Assembly: GCA_943350635.1 (NCBI GenBank)
Contig: CALRAI010000001.1
Location: 4,051-68,050, forward strand
Origin: Candidatus Uhrbacteria bacterium
GTDB lineage: Bacteria > Patescibacteriota > Patescibacteriia > UBA9934
Direction: 5' to 3'
DNA length: 64,000 nt
This document shows, in pieces, positions 46,782 through 56,420 of the stretch; the stretch's first letter is position 1; the number at the start of each line of letters is the position of its first letter. The notes beneath the pieces were generated by a model. It was given only the letters and a program-made list of their open reading frames with translations, was not told the origin of the DNA and did no database searches. The position numbers and the translations under genes are program-made.

Positions 46782-48026
46782 ATGCAAAAGGATTTGCTCA
46801 AGCAACACTATCCTGCGTTCGTTATCGGTTTTGTCGGTGCGTTATTGTGTCAGATTGTCATTATCGGCATCGCGGCAGGATTGTATGTTGGTACGCCGCT
46901 CAAACAGGTAGTTCGTGAAAAACTTCAATCGATCGTAGAAAAAGCAGTAACCGATAAAAATCTTACAGATTCTGCTGGGCAACATTCGGATGTTATCGAC
47001 GTGGTGGACGCGGTGAACCCCGCTGTTGTTTCTATAGTGATCAGCAAAGACGTGCCAAAAATGGAACAGATTTTTAACCAAGGAAATCCATCAAGTCCAT
47101 TTGGAATGTTTGGATTAAATTTCCCGCAGTACCAACAAAATGGTACGGAAGAAAAAGAAATTGGCGGCGGAAGTGGATTTATTGTGTCTGAAGACGGATA
47201 CATCGTCACGAACGCTCACGTGGTAAGCGATAAAGACGCGAAATACACCGTACTTTTAAACGACGAAACCAAACACGACGCCACGGTGGTTGCTGCAGAT
47301 GCCACGCTCGACATTGCTGTACTCAAAATTGATTCCACGGGATTGCCGTTCCTTGAGTTTGGTGATTCGGACACGGTGAAAGTCGGTCAATCTGTGGTGG
47401 CTATTGGAAATGCGTTAGGGCAATTCCGCAACACGGTTTCGGTAGGAGTTATTTCCGGACTTGCGCGATCAATTACCGCCGGAGACAATAATGGATCGGA
47501 ATTCTTGTCCGACGTGTTGCAAACAGACGCCGCAATTAATCCTGGAAATTCCGGTGGTCCGTTACTCGATTTATCAGGGAAGGTGATTGGTGTGAACGTA
47601 GCCACGAGCAGTGGAGGGGAAAATATTTCCTTCTCGTTGCCAAGTAATTTGGTTCGCGCCACCGTAGAGTCCATTGAAAAAAATGGGAAAGTCGTTACCG
47701 CATACCTTGGTGTGCGATATGTGATGATCGATGCGGAATATGCAAAGGCGAACACCATCGCTGTTGATCATGGCGCTCTAGTGCAGCGTGGCGATGACGG
47801 AAAGACAGTTGCGGTGATTCCAGGATCCCCGGCAGACAAAGCGGGTATTGAGGAGAACGATATTATCATCACTGTCGACGACGTAACACTCGACGAAAAT
47901 CACCCGTTGCACGTGGTACTTCGTCAAAAAACCGTTGGCGATGTGATTACCATGAAGGTATTACACGACGGCGTTGAAAAAACGGTTACTGCAACGCTTG
48001 CCGAACGACCAGCAGAAACGGAATAA
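46782..48026 (+). CDS. htrA: HtrA/DegP-family serine protease with PDZ domain
   Basis: N-terminal TM. Catalytic triad context (TNAHVV…D…GNSGGPLLD). C-terminal PDZ domain. Confidence 0.85.
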   Translation: MQKDLLKQHYPAFVIGFVGALLCQIVIIGIAAGLYVGTPLKQVVREKLQSIVEKAVTDKNLTDSAGQHSDVIDVVDAVNPAVVSIVISKDVPKMEQIFNQGNPSSPFGMFGLNFPQYQQNGTEEKEIGGGSGFIVSEDGYIVTNAHVVSDKDAKYTVLLNDETKHDATVVAADATLDIAVLKIDSTGLPFLEFGDSDTVKVGQSVVAIGNALGQFRNTVSVGVISGLARSITAGDNNGSEFLSDVLQTDAAINPGNSGGPLLDLSGKVIGVNVATSSGGENISFSLPSNLVRATVESIEKNGKVVTAYLGVRYVMIDAEYAKANTIAVDHGALVQRGDDGKTVAVIPGSPADKAGIEENDIIITVDDVTLDENHPLHVVLRQKTVGDVITMKVLHDGVEKTVTATLAERPAETE

Positions 48027-48040
48027 GTAGTGTACGATGG

Positions 48041-48934
48041 GTGCATATGAAACACCCCATCTCCATTGCACTGTTCAGCTTGGCGGGCATTCTTGGCATA
48101 ATGTTGATATGTTTATTCATTTTTCGACCCTGGAATGGTGCGGTGATTCCAAAAGATTGGACAACAAATGGCGACGAGAACGTTCCCCCTATCGTTCCAG
48201 GCAACGGAGGCGATGCGGTAGTGGTACCTACGGAGATAGTGTCAACGTCTGGAAATATTGCAGTATCGAGCCCTGCCGCGAACGCAACAATTGGCTTACC
48301 ATTGGTATTTGTTGGAAAAGCTCGAGTATTTGAAAGTGTCTTCAATTATCGACTGCTCGACACAAACGGGGACGAGCTTGTTACCGGACATGCCATGAGC
48401 AATGCGCCAGATATGGGGGAGTTTGGATACTTCACCGTGACAACGAGCTACAACAAGCCAAACGGAACCACAGGAACGCTCGAAGTATTCGCATATAGCG
48501 CAAAAGATGGTTCTGTCATTGATTTGGTTTCTGTGCCGGTAGTCTTTCCTGTGGTTGAGTCGATGGTGGTGAAGACGTATTGGCTGGAAAGCGGTGAAAC
48601 GGATTGCGACACCGTTGTTGCAACAAAACGACGTGTGCCAAAAACAGTCGCCACTGCTCATGCGGCACTTACGGAATTACTTTCTGGCCCAGGTGGCACA
48701 GAATCCGCGCAGAATCTCACTACATCCATTCCTTCCGGCGTCACCATTACATCACTGTCCATTACGGACGGTGTTGCAACAGTAGTCTTCTCGAGCGGCC
48801 TTGAAACCGGCGGTTCGTGTCGTGTGACATCGATTCGTGCGCAGATCGAAGCGACATTGAAGCAATTTTCAACCGTCACGTCGGTGGTGATCTCGACGGC
48901 TGGAAAAACACCAGAGGAATCATTGCAGCCGTAA
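48041..48934 (+). CDS. secreted protein with Ig-like (Gmad2) and GerMN-like domains
   Basis: Signal anchor, Ig-like beta-rich region, and a GerMN-type C-terminal region. Domain calls are tentative. Confidence 0.4.
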   Translation: MHMKHPISIALFSLAGILGIMLICLFIFRPWNGAVIPKDWTTNGDENVPPIVPGNGGDAVVVPTEIVSTSGNIAVSSPAANATIGLPLVFVGKARVFESVFNYRLLDTNGDELVTGHAMSNAPDMGEFGYFTVTTSYNKPNGTTGTLEVFAYSAKDGSVIDLVSVPVVFPVVESMVVKTYWLESGETDCDTVVATKRRVPKTVATAHAALTELLSGPGGTESAQNLTTSIPSGVTITSLSITDGVATVVFSSGLETGGSCRVTSIRAQIEATLKQFSTVTSVVISTAGKTPEESLQP

Positions 48935-48948
48935 TAATAAATCACAAA

Positions 48949-48982
48949 CAAAAAAACTCCCCGATTGCTCGGGGAGTTTTTT
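48949..48982. terminator. bidirectional rho-independent terminator
   Basis: AAAAAA-CTCCCCGATTGCTCGGGGAG-TTTTTT lies between convergent genes. Confidence 0.6.
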
Positions 48983-48993
48983 GAATGAACTGT

Positions 48994-49284
48994 TTAGAGA
49001 AGAGCTTCCTTTGCAGCCTTGCTCACGCCGAACTTGAGAACGGTGCGTGCAGGGATCTTGATGGTTGCACCCGTTGCTGGGTTGCGACCCATACGTGCGG
49101 CACGCTGCTTCTTGACCATCTTTCCAAGGCCTGGGAATGCAACTTCACCAGCGCGCTTGATTTCTCCGTAGATGAGTGCAACGAAGCTGTCGTACATTTC
49201 ACCAGCTTGCTTCTTGCTTACTCCCCAACGTTCTGAAAGTTCTGCCATGATCTGAGACTTGGTCAAACGCTTTGCTGCTGCCAT
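48994..49284 (-). CDS. hup: DNA-binding protein HU
   Basis: MAAAKRLTKSQIMAELSERWGVSKKQAGE…GKMVKKQRAARMGRNPATGATIKIPA matches the HU/IHF family. 96 aa. Confidence 0.9.
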   Translation of the reverse strand: MAAAKRLTKSQIMAELSERWGVSKKQAGEMYDSFVALIYGEIKRAGEVAFPGLGKMVKKQRAARMGRNPATGATIKIPARTVLKFGVSKAAKEALL

Positions 49285-49299
49285 AGAATGTTGGGCTTC

Positions 49300-49396
49300 C
49301 TTATTTCGCCCATTTTCGGCTTGCACCGTCGAAAATTTTTTCAACGTACAACGAAGTACGTCTCAAACATTTTCTTGATGCGCACCGAAACTGGTC
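49300..49396 (-). promoter_or_regulatory. conserved upstream element (copy upstream of HU)
   Basis: Same motif set and hairpin (TGAGACGTAC-TTCGTT-GTACGTTGA) as the ybaB and tRNA-Lys copies. GCAAGCCGAAAAT lies about 34 nt before the ATG. Confidence 0.45.
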
Positions 49397-49545
49397 TGAA
49401 ATAAGAAACCCCAGTTAGTAAATTAAATGATTACGTCGGAAAGCTTAGCAATTTTCACACTTCACCGAAAGCAGGTTATTCACAGGGGGAAAATGGTTGC
49501 GTGAATATCTCATTTCAGATATGAAGAGAGTAAGAAAATTTTTAT

Positions 49546-50757
49546 ATGTCCTTTTGGCAATTTTGGCAACGCGAAAAACGAGGAATAACTATGCTTGTGT
49601 TTGCGTTGAGCGGCACGGCAATTGCGTGTACGTATTTCTGGTTCCGTTCAGTACCGCTTTCTGTTTCTGCGGTGACACCACGAGTGAATAGCGCAGTGGA
49701 CGCGGTGCTTGCAGCGCGAAACGCAGTAGCGCTTTCTCAAGACGATGTGCAATTTGGGAACGATCAAACGGTGAATATTCTGGTGCTCGGAATGGATTCA
49801 CGCAAAGAAGGAATTGAACAACACTGTGACGCGATCCACATGGTGTCCGTCAACACGAAAGATTGGACGGTGCTAGTGACGAGTGTGCCGCGAGGAACCT
49901 ACGCGTACATTCCTCCGGGAAATTATAACGACAACGAATATTATCTTTCGAACGCCTGTGCGTTTGCGGGGATTGATTACGGCGTGAGTCAGATTGAACG
50001 CGTTGTTGGTGTGAAAGCAGACTATGTGGCAACGGTAGGATTTTCTCAGCTCCTTGGTATTCTCCGAACCATCGAATTGCCAACCACCGAAAGTTTGCAG
50101 TGGCTTCGTACTCGTCAGGCGTACAAAATTGGGGATCCACAACGGAGCAAGAACCAAGCAGTATTTTTGAAGGATGTTGCATTGAAGCTGCTGGAGGGTG
50201 ATGGTATTCCCGACGTAGTATTCCGCATGCTGTACCGTTTCGTGGATACGGATATGAGCGAGTCAACGGCACGAGCCTTGTACGACGGATTGCTCTTACA
50301 CACGATTCGCGATCGCCCACACGACATCGCGCTTGTGATGAAGCCGCATTACGACGTAAAAGAGATTCATTTCGATCCTGAGAACGCCAGTGAGCAAATT
50401 GACGCCTTGCTTGCAAAACTTCGTGGGCGTTTAAACTCGTTCGATCTGGCGAATCGCACCATCGACGACGTGCAACACGATTTGGGAGTGTATTTGGAGA
50501 ATGTTCTGGACGGTAAGGAAGGATCCATCAGCGACGTCGTCAGTCAGCAATTGTGGTTGCAGGTGGAAGACGAAGGCCAGCGAGAGGCGTTCCAGTATCG
50601 ATATACTGAGGCGTATGCTTTGAAGCTGAACGAGTCGAATAATGCTGCTGCAGTGCAATATGTTGCGGACTACATTCTAGAGAAACACACGCTCGGATTG
50701 TTGGTGTGGGAAATGAAGGGGAGAGCGTTGTTGGAAGGATTCGTGGGTAAGAAATAA
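49546..50757 (+). CDS. LytR-CpsA-Psr (LCP) family cell-envelope phosphotransferase
   Basis: TM anchor, then the LCP core (NILVLGMDSRKEG…DAIHMVSVN…). The alternative start at 49591 is also plausible. Confidence 0.65.
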   Translation: MSFWQFWQREKRGITMLVFALSGTAIACTYFWFRSVPLSVSAVTPRVNSAVDAVLAARNAVALSQDDVQFGNDQTVNILVLGMDSRKEGIEQHCDAIHMVSVNTKDWTVLVTSVPRGTYAYIPPGNYNDNEYYLSNACAFAGIDYGVSQIERVVGVKADYVATVGFSQLLGILRTIELPTTESLQWLRTRQAYKIGDPQRSKNQAVFLKDVALKLLEGDGIPDVVFRMLYRFVDTDMSESTARALYDGLLLHTIRDRPHDIALVMKPHYDVKEIHFDPENASEQIDALLAKLRGRLNSFDLANRTIDDVQHDLGVYLENVLDGKEGSISDVVSQQLWLQVEDEGQREAFQYRYTEAYALKLNESNNAAAVQYVADYILEKHTLGLLVWEMKGRALLEGFVGKK

Positions 50758-50767
50758 GAGAAGAAAC

Positions 50768-50799
50768 AAAAAACTCCTCGATCGCTCGAGGAGTTTTTT
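50768..50799. terminator. bidirectional rho-independent terminator
   Basis: AAAAAA-CTCCTCGATCGCTCGAGGAG-TTTTTT. Near-identical to the terminator at 48949. Confidence 0.6.
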
Positions 50800-50809
50800 G
50801 ATGAATTGA

Positions 50810-51040
50810 TTATTCAATGAAGTAGCGAAGATCAAGTTTGCTTCCGGCCGCGACCCATTTTGCAAGGGTACGGATACCACGGCTGCTCACCATGAGCACA
50901 ACAGGCTTGCCCGTTGCTGGATTGATCACGGTTTTCTTTTGCAAATTTGGCATCTGGCGACGCTTCGATTTGACGTTGGAATGGCTGACGTTGTTTCCCG
51001 TCAGTGGCGTTTTGCCAGTAATCATGCAGACTTTGCTCAT
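50810..51040 (-). CDS. rpmB: 50S ribosomal protein L28
   Basis: MSKVCMITGKTPLTGNNVSHSNVKSKRRQMPNLQKK… matches L28. Confidence 0.85.
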   Translation of the reverse strand: MSKVCMITGKTPLTGNNVSHSNVKSKRRQMPNLQKKTVINPATGKPVVLMVSSRGIRTLAKWVAAGSKLDLRYFIE

Positions 51041-51105
51041 AGAAAATACTTGGTTTCGAATGCCGGAATGCTACCTGAACCCCAAGAATTTGGCAAGGAC
51101 TAGCC

Positions 51106-52479
51106 ATGCTATACTGTGAACAATGTATGGAGGAACATACGTCAAAATCCAAGGCGCTGGCGCATGTTGTCGCGGTGAATATGGGGTATGGCCACGAGCG
51201 GGCGGCGTTTGCGTTGCGACATTTGGCGCCCGGGGGAAATATTACGGTAGCGAATGATTATCCGGGGATTCCGGATCGGGAACGCAGGCTATGGAGTGCA
51301 GGGAAGGGATTCTATGAGTTTGTATCGCGATTCAAGAATGTGCCGTTGCTGGGGACTGCAGCATTTGGAATTTTAGACGGCATGCAGCGTATTCCGGAGT
51401 TTTATCCAAAGTGCGATTTATCCAAGCCAAGTTTACAGGTTCGGCAAACGTACGCGCTCATTCGATCGCAGGGCATGTGTCGGGATCTCATCAGCCGATT
51501 CGCCGAGCGACCATTACCGATAGTATCGACATTTTTTACTCCCGCATTTGCCGCGGAAGAATTTGGATATCCGGAAGACATTTACATCGTGCTTTGCGAC
51601 GCCGATGTGAGCCGAGCATGGGTTCCGCTTAATCCAAAGAAAAGTAGAATCAAATATCTTGCGCCAACAGGACGAGTGGTTGAACGATTAAAACTGTACG
51701 GTGTCAAAGAAAAAAATATTACGTTGACGGGATTTCCGTTGCCGTACGAATCGGTGGGCGGCTCGCATTCGCCGGAATATGTTCGCGCCGATTTGTGCAG
51801 ACGCATGTGTAATTTGGATCCTCACGGGAATTTTGTTGCTAAAGCACAAACACTGCTTGATGCAACATTTGGTGGAAGACATTGTGCAATGAAGCCAAGC
51901 ACGCCGAGTATCACCTTTGCCGTGGGTGGTGCAGGAACGCAGCGAGAGCTTGTTGCATTGGCACTGCGATCGTTGGCGGAAAGTATTCGCAAGAATCGAA
52001 TAACCGTAAATCTCGTTGCGGGAACCAGACCCGAAGTGAATGAATATTTTGAACGTGAAGTACGATTATGCGGTTTGGTTGCGGCGCAGCGTGCAGGAAA
52101 GGTGTCGATTCTTTTTGAAACGGATCGTCCAAAATACTTTTCGTCGTTTACCAAACTCATGCGCAAGACGGACATGTTGTGGACGAAGCCTTCCGAACTT
52201 TCATTTTACACAGGGCTTGCACTTCCGATTATTATGGCGCCAACGGTGGGAAGTCAGGAAGATTTTAATCGCGCGTGGCTTACCTATGTTGGCGGGGGAG
52301 CCGATGGCTTAGCGCCGCAATACATGAACGAGTGGTTGTTCGACTGGATAGCGAGTGGCGCATTGGCACGCATGGCATGGAGTGGATTTACGAACGCACC
52401 AACACATGGCGCGTATCGCATTGAATCGCTGCTTCGTGGTGACGAAAGCGTGTGGCGAAGTTTACCGATTGTTGTTTGA
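51106..52479 (+). CDS. putative glycosyltransferase (MGDG synthase/UgtP-like N-terminus)
   Basis: ALAHVVAVNMGYGHERAAFAL resembles the GT28 N-terminal motif (…G.GH…A). The remainder is unassigned. Confidence 0.4.
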   Translation: MLYCEQCMEEHTSKSKALAHVVAVNMGYGHERAAFALRHLAPGGNITVANDYPGIPDRERRLWSAGKGFYEFVSRFKNVPLLGTAAFGILDGMQRIPEFYPKCDLSKPSLQVRQTYALIRSQGMCRDLISRFAERPLPIVSTFFTPAFAAEEFGYPEDIYIVLCDADVSRAWVPLNPKKSRIKYLAPTGRVVERLKLYGVKEKNITLTGFPLPYESVGGSHSPEYVRADLCRRMCNLDPHGNFVAKAQTLLDATFGGRHCAMKPSTPSITFAVGGAGTQRELVALALRSLAESIRKNRITVNLVAGTRPEVNEYFEREVRLCGLVAAQRAGKVSILFETDRPKYFSSFTKLMRKTDMLWTKPSELSFYTGLALPIIMAPTVGSQEDFNRAWLTYVGGGADGLAPQYMNEWLFDWIASGALARMAWSGFTNAPTHGAYRIESLLRGDESVWRSLPIVV

Positions 52480-52480
52480 T

Positions 52481-53887
52481 ATGCCAGCAAAAAAGATTGC
52501 ACGCAAAACCGGATTTGATGTGGTGATTATCGGCGGGGGATCCGCCGGGCTTTCGGCGGCGTTCGCTGCGCGTCAAGAAGACGCGAGTGTTGCGATTGTT
52601 TCAATGGAGAAGCTTGGAGGGAGTTGTCCGAACTACGCATGCGTGCCGACGAAATCGATGTTGGCTGCCGCGGTGCGATACGACGATATTCGGAGAAATG
52701 CATCGATGTTTGGTATCGATGTGAAAGGCATACGGTTCAATCTTGCGGCGATGATGGAGCGAAAAGATGCGGTGGTGAATGCCATGACCGGACATCGTCG
52801 GTTAGAAAAGATTTTAGAAAGCGAGAAGGTGACGATTTTTCGCGGCGCAGCAAGTTTTATCGACGACGAATCGATTCGTGTGGGGACGCATATTGTGAGC
52901 GCAAAAACATTCGTGATTGCAACAGGAACCGTGCCAAGAATTCCGCCAATTGCGGGAATTGACACGGTGCCATACTGGACACCGCGTGACGCAACACAAA
53001 TCACAGAGCTTCCTGAGTCGATTGCAATTTTGGGGAGTGGCCCGATCGGGTGTGAATTTGCCACATTTTTTTCCTTGCTTGGCATTCCGGTGATTGTGTT
53101 CGATATTGCAAGCAGGCCAATGCCTCGTGAAGATGCGGAAACTGCGGCACTTGCCACAAAAGCGCTTATGCATCGCGGCGTGGTGTTTCATGAAGATACT
53201 CGCGTGCTCGGCGTCGCAAAGAGTGGAGATCATCTTCGGCTCACGTATCAGACAGGATCCGCAATGCGGAAGACGATTCGTGTGGAAAAACTTCTCGTTG
53301 CTTCTGGCTGCGCACCAAACATCGAATCATTGAATCTCGACGCTGCGGGAGTAAAACGAAAGACGATGCATGGGATAACAATCGAAACAACGATGAAGGT
53401 GAAGGGAAAGCCGATCTTTTTTGCGGGCGATGTGACGGGACTTATTGCGTATACGCACACCGCGCACCACGAAGGAGTCGTTGCTGGAAAGAATGCGGCG
53501 CTGTTGGCGCGAGGCGTAAAGAAGCTGGAAAGCGTGGATCTTCGTGTGGTGCCACGTGCGGTGTTTGTTTCGCCAGAACTGGCATCCGTTGGAGTAATGA
53601 TCGATGATCTCGTCGCACAGAAAAAACAATTCACCATTTGGAAGTTTCCGGTTGGCGCACTCGGCCGATCTGTTATTGAAGGCGAACGGACTGGTTTGCT
53701 CAAGGTGTTCGTGGAGAAGAAGTCGAATTTGGTGCTTGGGGCTTCAATGCTTGGCGATCGTGCTGGGGAAGTGATTCACGAGCTGGCGCTGGCAATGTAT
53801 GCCGGCATTCCGTTTGACGATGTGCAACGCATGATCCACGCCTATCCAACGATGAACGAAGCGATTCCTGGACTGATTCCTGCCTAG
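52481..53887 (+). CDS. FAD-dependent pyridine nucleotide-disulfide oxidoreductase (dihydrolipoamide dehydrogenase-like)
   Basis: GGGSAGLSAA FAD-binding motif, redox disulfide (GGSCPNYACVPTK), NAD-binding motif (ILGSGPIGCEFA), and a dimerisation domain. Confidence 0.75.
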   Translation: MPAKKIARKTGFDVVIIGGGSAGLSAAFAARQEDASVAIVSMEKLGGSCPNYACVPTKSMLAAAVRYDDIRRNASMFGIDVKGIRFNLAAMMERKDAVVNAMTGHRRLEKILESEKVTIFRGAASFIDDESIRVGTHIVSAKTFVIATGTVPRIPPIAGIDTVPYWTPRDATQITELPESIAILGSGPIGCEFATFFSLLGIPVIVFDIASRPMPREDAETAALATKALMHRGVVFHEDTRVLGVAKSGDHLRLTYQTGSAMRKTIRVEKLLVASGCAPNIESLNLDAAGVKRKTMHGITIETTMKVKGKPIFFAGDVTGLIAYTHTAHHEGVVAGKNAALLARGVKKLESVDLRVVPRAVFVSPELASVGVMIDDLVAQKKQFTIWKFPVGALGRSVIEGERTGLLKVFVEKKSNLVLGASMLGDRAGEVIHELALAMYAGIPFDDVQRMIHAYPTMNEAIPGLIPA

Positions 53888-53906
53888 TGGTTACGCTGGT
53901 TGGTAT

Positions 53907-54950
53907 ATGCCTTTGTGGTGGCCTGTTCCTGTTGCTGTTGCGTTTCTCCTCTCCGCGTGGCTTACGCCGGCAGCGCGATTGATTGCGTTGCGACTTGGGG
54001 TGGTGGATTCACCGGATGGCGGCAGAAAATTGCATCGTGGGCCAACGCCACTTCTTGGTGGTTTGGCGATTATTACGAGCTTTATTCTTGTGACGGTTAT
54101 TGTCCTGCTCTCATCATCCGAGCTTACAAGCGGCGCGATCACCTTCAAACATTTCATCGGATTCTTCCTTGGAATCGGTATTCTCACGATTGGTGGGGTC
54201 GTGGACGATCGATTTTCGACTTCCGCAAAATACTCCATGGCGCTATTTATTCTTGCTTCTTTTGTTGCAGTTCTTGGAGGAATCAATGTTGCGAAGCTCA
54301 CGAATCCGTTTGGCGGCGTCATTATTCTAGCGCCGATTGTTGCATCGGCTGTGGCATTCATTTGGATTCTTGCCATGACGATGACGACGAAGCTTCTCGA
54401 CGGTGTTGATGGCTTAGCATCGAGCGTTGCGCTTGTGGGTTCAGTTATGATTGCTGCGCTCGCACTGACTCCTACGTACTTTCAGTCCGACGTTGCATTA
54501 CTTTCCCTGATCTTTGCGGCGTCGATTCTTGGTTTCTTACTCTGGAATTGGTACCCGGCGCATATTTTCTTGGGGGAATCGGGGAGCACGGTGCTTGGAT
54601 TCACGGTGGGCGTGCTCTCGGTGATTGCGGGAAGCAAAATGGCAACGGCACTCCTTGTGCTTGGTATTCCAGCTATTGATGTGGGTGTTGTGGCATTTCG
54701 CAGGTGGCGCAAGGGAAAGAATCCGTTTACCACAGCAGACAGAACGCACTTCCATTTGATGCTCCGCGATGCGGGGCTGTTACCGTGGCAAGTGGCGCTG
54801 CTGTATGCGGTGATTGCCTGTGTTTTTGGAGTAACGAGTCTGGTTTTTGCTAGCTGGCAGAAGGTGATTGCGCTGGGAATTTTAGGAATATTGGCCATTT
54901 TTGGCATGATGCTGTTGGCAAAACACCTTGACGATTCGCGGGCTTCCTGA
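53907..54950 (+). CDS. glycosyltransferase family 4 (WecA/TagO/MraY-family polyprenyl-phosphate sugar-1-phosphate transferase)
   Basis: About 10 TM helices. GVVDSPDGGRKLHRGPTPLLGGLA loop typical of WecA-like enzymes. Confidence 0.65.
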   Translation: MPLWWPVPVAVAFLLSAWLTPAARLIALRLGVVDSPDGGRKLHRGPTPLLGGLAIITSFILVTVIVLLSSSELTSGAITFKHFIGFFLGIGILTIGGVVDDRFSTSAKYSMALFILASFVAVLGGINVAKLTNPFGGVIILAPIVASAVAFIWILAMTMTTKLLDGVDGLASSVALVGSVMIAALALTPTYFQSDVALLSLIFAASILGFLLWNWYPAHIFLGESGSTVLGFTVGVLSVIAGSKMATALLVLGIPAIDVGVVAFRRWRKGKNPFTTADRTHFHLMLRDAGLLPWQVALLYAVIACVFGVTSLVFASWQKVIALGILGILAIFGMMLLAKHLDDSRAS

Positions 54951-55029
54951 TAGGATTTTGGCACATTTTGGCTTGCAACAGGCAAAAAAGCGTAAGGGTT
55001 TCCTTACCGCCTTCGCAGCACAACCGCAT

Positions 55030-55341
55030 ATGTTTGCAGTAATTACCGCAGGTGGAAAACAGCACATCGTCCGCGAGGGCCAGGTGCTCAGCGTAGAAAA
55101 GATCGACATGGAAGTTGGTTCGCCACTTTCTTTCGACGTATTGCTCCTTGCTTCGGACGACGGAGCGACAGTAAAAGTTGGTACGCCAACCGTGAAGGAT
55201 GCAAAGGTAACCGCGGTTATTTCCGAGCACGGTCGTGCAGAGAAAATCTCGGTTATTAAGTACAAGCCAAAGACGCGTTATCGCCGCAACGTCGGTCATC
55301 GTCAGCCTTGGACAAAAATCACCATTCAAACCGTCGCGTAA
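55030..55341 (+). CDS. rplU: 50S ribosomal protein L21
   Basis: MFAVITAGGKQHIVREGQVLSVEKI…VIKYKPKTRYRRNVGHRQ matches L21. Confidence 0.85.
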   Translation: MFAVITAGGKQHIVREGQVLSVEKIDMEVGSPLSFDVLLLASDDGATVKVGTPTVKDAKVTAVISEHGRAEKISVIKYKPKTRYRRNVGHRQPWTKITIQTVA

Positions 55342-55349
55342 TTGCGATC

Positions 55350-55380
55350 AAAAGCTCCAGGCATTGCGCCTGGAGCTTTT
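55350..55380 (+). terminator. rho-independent terminator after rplU
   Basis: AAAAGCTCCAGGC-ATTGC-GCCTGGAGCTTTT. Confidence 0.55.
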
Positions 55381-55548
55381 GTGTTATTCCGATTCTTCCT
55401 CCTGTGGTATTTCAACCGTCACCCAGGAATCATCACGCGTGCAGCGATACGCTTCCCGAACGTATCGCTTTCGTCTATCTCCGGTGCTTGTGTCTTTCTT
55501 GGTGAGTCGCATGGATCGATGGCATTTTGGACATTCCATATGTGAAAA

Positions 55549-56172
55549 CTATAGCACAGCATTCGGCCATTCCTCGATCTCCGTCATTCTCGCTTCAATG
55601 GAGTCAGCGTTTCGCAGCCGCGCAATCTGCGATCGATTCAGAATCGGCGTATGTGCAATCGTCGTTAAATACTCGGGAATATACCAAATCGGTTCCTCGC
55701 CCGTCTCCCATTCTTCTCGATCAAACCGAGAAAGATCGACAGGTTTTGAAAAACTTCTCAACGTTTTCTTTCGATTCGATTGGAGAAAATACTCATGAAA
55801 GTAGCTCATAACGAGCTCACGAATTGACCGGTATACCGGCTCACGATACCGCAATACTCCATGATTCGTCTTCGATATTGCACCCCAGTAGCCGCCAATC
55901 TGAAATACGGCAATCACATGGTCTTGGTCCTGGTTTGTGGAAACAAGATCCACAATGAGCGGTCGATATCCATGAAATCGTAATACCGCCGCAGCAAACA
56001 CCGCTCCTTCAACACACTGTGCTTCTCGATCATGCAACACGCGTCGTGGAGAAGAACATGTCTCGTTGCTGCCAACAATCCGAAATCGCAATGCATTCAC
56101 AAAATCCTGAATCTTCGCCGGCGAATTCAGCGTCTTCAATATTCGTCGTTCTTCCGTGGTCCACGATGCCAT
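55549..56172 (-). CDS. hypothetical protein, possibly papain-like/transglutaminase-like cysteine peptidase fold
   Basis: EAQCVEGAVFAAAVL (Q…C) and a downstream His (DHVIAVFQIGGYWG) suggest a Cys-His fold. Tentative. Confidence 0.3.
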   Translation of the reverse strand: MASWTTEERRILKTLNSPAKIQDFVNALRFRIVGSNETCSSPRRVLHDREAQCVEGAVFAAAVLRFHGYRPLIVDLVSTNQDQDHVIAVFQIGGYWGAISKTNHGVLRYREPVYRSIRELVMSYFHEYFLQSNRKKTLRSFSKPVDLSRFDREEWETGEEPIWYIPEYLTTIAHTPILNRSQIARLRNADSIEARMTEIEEWPNAVL

Positions 56173-56196
56173 AGAACTACAGTGTATCGCGATTCA

Positions 56197-56232
56197 AAAC
56201 ACCCACCAATTTCTTGGTGGGTGTTCTTTGGA
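56197..56232. terminator. bidirectional terminator hairpin
   Basis: AACACCCACCAA-TTTC-TTGGTGGGTGTT. Confidence 0.5.
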
Positions 56233-56420
56233 ACTACGCTGCTGGTTCCTCTGCAGGAGCTGCAGTCTCTACTGGCTCAGCTTCCACTGGCTCTGCTGCT
56301 GGAGGAACGGTTGTGGTGGTATCGTCGGTCATACGGTTCGAGGTTTGGAGCCATAAAGCAGGCCGCCATATCTGAGTACGCACCATAGCAGCTTAGGGGA
56401 ATAATAGATAGGGCACGATG

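Noticed and set aside
56240-56345. Small acidic minus-strand ORF (MTDDTTTTVPPAAEPVEAEPVETAAPAEEPAA).
   Set aside because: Low-complexity, only 32 aa, in a terminator region. Insufficient evidence for a gene.
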